From positions 53,196,001 to 53,260,000 of the forward strand of contig NW_024704745.1 in NCBI RefSeq assembly GCF_018977255.1: DNA of 64,000 nt, in the 5' to 3' direction. Under the pieces are notes generated by a model. It saw only the letters and a program-made list of their open reading frames with translations. It was not told the origin of the DNA and did no database searches. The DNA comes from Callorhinchus milii (lineage: Eukaryota). This document shows, piece after piece, positions 59,472 to 64,000 of this stretch (positions are counted from its first letter, which is position 1; the number at the start of each line of letters is the position of its first letter). The position numbers and the translations under genes are program-made.

Positions 59472-62296
59472 CCTTGCATTTGATATAGCGCTTTTCACGT
59501 CTTCTAGACGTCCCAAAGCGCTTCACAGAATATACTGTAAAGTGAATTAACTGTATATTTGTGGACGAACGCGGCAGCCAATTGCGCACAGCAATGTCCC
59601 ACAAACAGTCATGGATTGAAAATGACCAATTTATTATTGTTTTGTTTTTTGGAGGGATTATTATTAGGTGTGTGGAGTAAGGAAACTTGCCCAAGGTTTC
59701 GCCCTCTGCCTGGAATTGACCTCAAGTCTCTCACTTGCAAAGCGAGTGCTCTAACCACTGAGCTACAGGACTCCATGCCAATGGAACTGTAGAAATAAGA
59801 CATGAAATGCTTTAGGGGAGACCATGGGCGGCTACATGTATCGCTGACAGAATTTGGTCCCAAAGGTGCTTCCTGAAGACTTGATGGTCACTCTGGAAAT
59901 GTTTTCACGCACAGAATAGTTAGGATGTGGAATGCCGTGCTGGGAACAGTGGTTGAGGTAGAATCCATATTAGCATTCAAACGGGAATTAGATAAATACT
60001 GTTCCTAAAAAGGAATCGACTACAGGGGTGTGGGAAAAGGGCAGTTAAATGGGACTGAAGGATTTCTCTTTAAAAGAGCCAACTTGGTTACGGAGTAATA
60101 TGCAGTACAAACTTTCTATGGTTCTAATGATATACCACACCCAGGAAATATAGTGCCTCCCCCTGCTGAGAATTGGACATTGATGTTGATCAACTGCAAG
60201 GATTATTATTGTTATATTATCATATGTTGCCAAAAATAGTAATCTTTTGTTGCATCTTTATAACAACAAAAAGATTGCTATTTTTAGGAATCATCTTATA
60301 ATAATAATAATCCTTGCTTTTGATATAGCGCCTTATCACAGATAGATTGCAGGATGGTACAATACTGAGACAAACTTTTTAAGTTGTCTAGATTTTTTTA
60401 TGTTGAATCACCTTGGTGAATCTTAACAACTTATTCGGTTTTAATAAAGTTGCAATAGGAAGATTTGTCTTATTTATGGAAAAAGTTGTGGTATAAATTA
60501 ATGCTTATTCCTGATTTTGTCAGATATTATCAGAATTACAATACAACAAATACAAATTATTACATTTGGTGTAGAGCCTTTCATATTAGGAGGATGTTTC
60601 AAAGTATTTCACAGCATATACTGTAAAACATAGTGACTTTGTATTTGTATGTGAAGGCAGCAGCCAATTTACACACAGAATATCCCACAAACGGCCACGG
60701 GTGAGTGACCAATTTTATTTAGGGGATTGCTACCCAGAACACTGGGAGAAACTCCCTTCTCTTTTTTGTTGTTTTTGAATAATGCCATGGGAACTTTAAC
60801 AGGCAGACAGGATCTCGATTTAATGTCTTGTCCTATTACTCGTATTCTTACTCTAAGAAAACCCAGGTCTTCAGGGCTCAGTGTCCAGATATTGTAGAGA
60901 CAGATATTTTGTGGCACTTCATATAACTGCTTAACCACTGAGAACACAGACATGGTAGTGTGAGTACACAATCCTTGCATTTGATATAGCGTCTTATCAC
61001 GTTATTCAGAGGTTTCAAAGCGCTTCACAGAAAATACTGTAAAATCAATTGACTGTGTATTTTGTGGGCGAAATGCAACAGGCAGTTGCTCACAGCAGTA
61101 AACCTCGACTGACAGATGAGTTGCGGATCTTCCACCAAAACTATCCAAATTGCTTTATGATAACATCCCCCCGAAAGGAGTGGTGGGGCGTGGGGTCAAT
61201 TCATCTTCCCCGACTCTGCAACTGTATCCTAAGATGCAGAAAAAAATTTCATCCTATAAATCTGGATAGGTTTTGAACCCATGTGCCAGAGGTGAAATGT
61301 CAGCAGGTTGCATTATCCAGTCAGTATCTTAAGCATCTTTTGAATGTAGCGAACGCTCAGTTTGGATAACATGGTGGCCCATTATGTTGGTGCTGACCCT
61401 CAGTGCTCTAGACACCCCTAGTTCTTTGCGTGCTCAATTTCTTCTCACAAGCCAGGTTTGGATGAGGAAGACTCTACAACCCATTTTATCTTATTCTTCC
61501 AGAACAAACACCAATCCTACCTATCCCACCATCAAGCTGTGATCTCAGTTTCTGGTCAGAAGCCACCCACTTTTCCATAATAAAGGAGGGAAAGGGTCAC
61601 GGACAGTCACCTTAACTATTCTGGGACCTCCCTGCAGTTAGATAGAGAGTGGCATAGGCAGAGGACCAGAAGCCAGTCACTGGAGATGAGTAAAGCAAAC
61701 ACTCAAAATGGCTTGTCCTTTCTTCCCCCTTCCTGTTTCTTTGTCCCCTCCCCCCAATAACAGCACTTTTGTAGGCCATTAACTGGTTCTTGATGCACTT
61801 TTTGTTTGCTGTCCACCTCCATTCTTGCCGTAGGTGGAGGTCACCAGATTTACAGGGTTTTCCATCTTGGCTCCAGTAAGCAGCCTCCTTGTGACTGAAC
61901 CAATCTGGCCAGGTAATCCTGCTGTTGAATCAAGGCAACAACTCTGAAATATTCTGGCCAAGACCCAATCGCCGTGGTAATGTTAAACAGAAACTGACTG
62001 TGTTCAACGAGACCTATGTAATTGGTTCCAGTTGTGACTGTTGCAAACATGTCATTCTTATTAGCAACTGTGACCATGCTGGCAGGTGACTACCTTGTTT
62101 CTGGTTTGTGATCAGAGAAAGTCACCAGGCCAGTCTTCACTATGATTGTTTGTTGTTCATGGTTTTCTCTACCTTTCGTCTGTGAAACATGTTAATAAAA
62201 CCAAACCCTTTTCTTCTTGTCCTGCAGGAATACAAGCATTTTGAATATGTTCTGAATAACGCTGACGATTTCCGTAAAGAGAAGCTTTTTGAATAA
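40612..62296 (+). CDS. CCDC82: Coiled-coil domain-containing protein 82, spliced CDS join(40612-41181,42651-42861,43082-43174,44651-44775,45834-46004,49895-50080,62228-62296) = 1425 nt, 474 aa
   Basis: Phases are consistent throughout. Motifs [10 protein letters not shown], acidic low-complexity region, [45 protein letters not shown] and the C-terminal [11 protein letters not shown] match recalled vertebrate CCDC82. Confidence 0.93.
41388..41670 (+). mobile_element. L2 LINE 3' end
   Basis: Similar to 56505-56765 and carries the terminal stem-loop. Confidence 0.88.
42651..42861 (+). CDS. CCDC82: CCDC82 coding exon 2 (acidic; [14 protein letters not shown])
   Basis: Acceptor tatcag| and donor T|gtaagt. 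Confidence 0.9.
43082..43174 (+). CDS. CCDC82: CCDC82 coding exon 3 ([30 protein letters not shown])
   Basis: Acceptor ctacag| and donor G|gtaagt. Confidence 0.93.
43682..44534 (-). mobile_element. Composite non-autonomous Helitron-like element
   Basis: Minus strand begins A|TCTATACTAATAAAG followed by a (CTGT/GT)n tract and ends in a decayed hairpin plus CTAG|T; no TSD; second internal 5' end at 44343. Confidence 0.7.
44651..44775 (+). CDS. CCDC82: CCDC82 coding exon 4 ([41 protein letters not shown])
   Basis: Acceptor caacag| and donor CAG|gtacgt. Confidence 0.93.
45834..46004 (+). CDS. CCDC82: CCDC82 coding exon 5 (ERIDCYP...[13 protein letters not shown]...DNFMPNDEQ)
   Basis: Acceptor ttaaag| and donor CAG|gtaaat. 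Confidence 0.93.
46672..46983 (+). mobile_element. Near full-length SINE, same family
   Basis: Colinear with the other copies. Confidence 0.92.
49895..50080 (+). CDS. CCDC82: CCDC82 coding exon 6 ([22 protein letters not shown]...WIEE)
   Basis: Acceptor ttctag| and donor GAG|gtaaac. Confidence 0.93.
51775..52110 (+). repeat. Unclassified old interspersed repeat; other copies at about 4480-4720, 54850-54892, 59250-59365
   Basis: Shared core GG(A/G)AAAATCAGCCAGG(G/A)TTCC..CT.CT(G/A)ATTG...ACTG(CT)GGAA.GT..ATG.TG.AGA. Confidence 0.6.
52155..52455 (+). mobile_element. Old Deu-domain SINE (SacSINE1/AmnSINE1-like); other copies at about 33935-34130(-), 47400-47610(-), 48115-48280(+), 50140-50410(+), 58005-58400(-)
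   Basis: TCTAGGCTGACACTCCAG..GCAGT...GGATGAGACGTTAAACC.AGG...CAG.TGGATGT.AA core resembles the recalled Deu domain. Confidence 0.7.
52634..52794 (+). repeat. 19-bp minisatellite (GCTACAAACACCCACCTCC) x about 8.5
   Basis: Direct inspection; nearly perfect copies with no spacers. Confidence 0.95.
52935..53182 (+). repeat. Degenerate (TG)n/(TC)n microsatellite
   Basis: Direct inspection. Confidence 0.9.
53178..53370 (+). mobile_element. LINE (L2/CR1) APE endonuclease fragment
   Basis: [10 protein letters not shown]...TPTGYTFHH....GGGVALI are typical APE-domain motifs. Confidence 0.8.
55412..56769 (+). mobile_element. L2 LINE (RT to 3' tail) interrupted by a nested SINE at about 55862-56125
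   Basis: [27 protein letters not shown], (TTG)n tail; the LINE resumes colinearly after the SINE when compared with 39121-39170. Confidence 0.93.
56812..57072 (+). repeat. Degenerate tandem repeat, unit about 55 bp (ACTGT.ATGCA.GCT.CACTGAACTG..AT.CA.GCTGTG...ACAC)
   Basis: 4-5 imperfect copies. Confidence 0.75.
59445..59774 (-). mobile_element. Full-length SINE, same family; truncated copies at about 2814-3135(-), 5299-5470(-), 8330-8540(-), 17295-17425(+), 19248-19420(-), 55862-56125(+), 58432-58545(-), 60970-61100(-)
   Basis: Reverse complement of the family consensus seen in this window. Confidence 0.92.
62228..62296 (+). CDS. CCDC82: CCDC82 last coding exon ([22 protein letters not shown])
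   Basis: Polypyrimidine tract with ctgcag| acceptor; matches the recalled C-terminus; follows a 12-kb intron. Confidence 0.88.
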   Translation, partial: EYKHFEYVLNNADDFRKEKLFE

Positions 62297-62758
62297 ATCT
62301 TCTGCACTTGAGAGACTGCACTGAGGAAAGCAGAAAAAAAGGACGTTATTGTATTTTTAAACTATTTGCAGTTTCCTCCTCCTTCCTCACCTCCCTTCTC
62401 CTTTGCGGGCTCCTTTCCTTCAGCAGGGTGGGCGGGTGGGTAGGTCAGGCAGTCTGTACTGCATATTACTCCGTTACTGCCCATTCTTGACTACCAGTGT
62501 GGCACACAAATCCACGGTTGTTTGATTGCGAGGCAGGCAGACACTTTGTGGCCAGTAACTCCAGGCTGCCCAGACAGTTTCTGGTTTTATTTGAACTTAA
62601 ATTTACTGCTGTTTTACTGTGGACCTGACAAGGGTGGCCAATTGTATTCACAGGAGGTCCACTTGGCTTGTTCAGCAAGGGATAGGATACTGCGGGGTGT
62701 GCGAACACTCCCAATCTGGATAAGAGAACTTCAGGGTTTTGTTCCAGTCGACGGGTCT

Positions 62759-63870
62759 AGGAAACACCTGACTTTGTCTCCATTGTTCAGCTCCACACCA
62801 TAATTAATACTTCTGTCCACTTTCAATCATTAGTTTCTCAATCTTATGGATTCAATTGTGCTCAATTTAATTGAATCACCACCCCCATCCTTCCATTGCT
62901 CACTTCGATCTGTTTCTCCTGCTGCTTGCTTCCACTACCATTTTTGGCCATAGCTTCCCTTTTCCTCCATTCATACTTGCAATATCTATACTTTGTCCAC
63001 TTTGGCTATTTACAACAACAGCATTACATTTGTATAGCGCCTTTCACGTCAGGAGGACGTCTAAAGGCGCTGGACAGAGTGCAGCATTTCAGACCCGAGC
63101 TGGGGCGGAGGGAGGGGAAGGGGGCTGGCCAATAGCTTAGTCGAAGAGGAGGATCTTGAGGCCTTTTGAAATTTACCTATCACATCCACCCGTTATCCTC
63201 CACTCTCTCTGTCTATTATTGCCCTCCACTAACTCATCTTTATCATCCTTGTGCCTTCTCTTGTTATCCTAAGTCATCCTTAATCTCACCTGAGCATGAT
63301 CCTTGTCTCATCTGATATCCACACATGCACTTTGCAGCGGGAAGCACTAGGTGGCATTCAGAAGCAGCAGGAACAGTGCAAGGGAAACAGGTCAAATACA
63401 GCTCCATGAATGCTGTCCCGACTCAGGACATTTAACTCAGGGGTTATGCTTGAGATCTTACAGGCTTACAGAAGTGTTTAGTTTTATCAAATGAGGCATT
63501 GGAGCAACCTGGAGAAAAGTGTATATAGATTCAAATCTTTCAAATTGTCCCAAAACATACACAACACTTCAATGTTAAATAAAAAGAACAACAAAATTAC
63601 ATTTGTAAAGCGTCTTTCACATTGGGAGGACGTCCCAAGGCCCTGAACAGTCAGGTATCAGGACCCGAGCGTGGGGGGCAGGGCTGGGATGAGAGAGAGT
63701 AGAGGGGGTAGGAGGGCTGCTGAAGGAAACACCTGACTTTGTCTCCATTGTTCAGCTCCACAACACAATTAATACTTCTGTCCACTTTCAATCATTAGTT
63801 TCTCAATCTTATGGATTCAATTGTGCTCAATTTAATTGAATCACCACCCCCATCCTTCCATTGCTCACTT
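62759..63870 (+). repeat. 147-bp direct duplication: 62759-62905 and 63724-63870
   Basis: Two mismatches by eye (CCACACCATAAT vs CCACAACACAAT). Confidence 0.93.
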
Positions 63871-64000
63871 GCTCACTTACTCACTCTAACGGTAATCTTG
63901 ATTGTCCAGCTTGCGACTGGTCACCCTGATAGAGAAAAGGCAAATAACTAATATGTTCCGCAGAATCTAAACAAACCAAGAGGGTAACCTGACACACAGT

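Overview
Repeat-rich vertebrate genomic DNA, not prokaryotic. The repeat content (L2 LINEs, a tRNA-Ala-derived SINE, Deu-domain SINEs, CR1 tails) suggests a cartilaginous fish, possibly a chimaera; this is an inference. Two complete intron-containing genes can be assembled on the + strand with canonical GT-AG junctions and consistent phases. The first is ketohexokinase (KHK; CDS 17922-36041, 299 aa), which carries two tandem paralogous 135-nt exon-3 copies matching the mammalian mutually exclusive exons 3A and 3C. The second is CCDC82 (CDS 40612-62296, 474 aa), preceded by a roughly 730-bp G-rich tandem array at its likely promoter. Left of KHK are phase-compatible minus-strand exon candidates for a gene I cannot identify. 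Two of those exons were locally duplicated into an L2 remnant, and the duplicate has lost its frame and splice acceptor. A composite non-autonomous Helitron-like element lies in a CCDC82 intron. Most ORFs in the supplied track are repeat-derived or spurious. Gene identities rest on recalled human protein sequences, not on searches.
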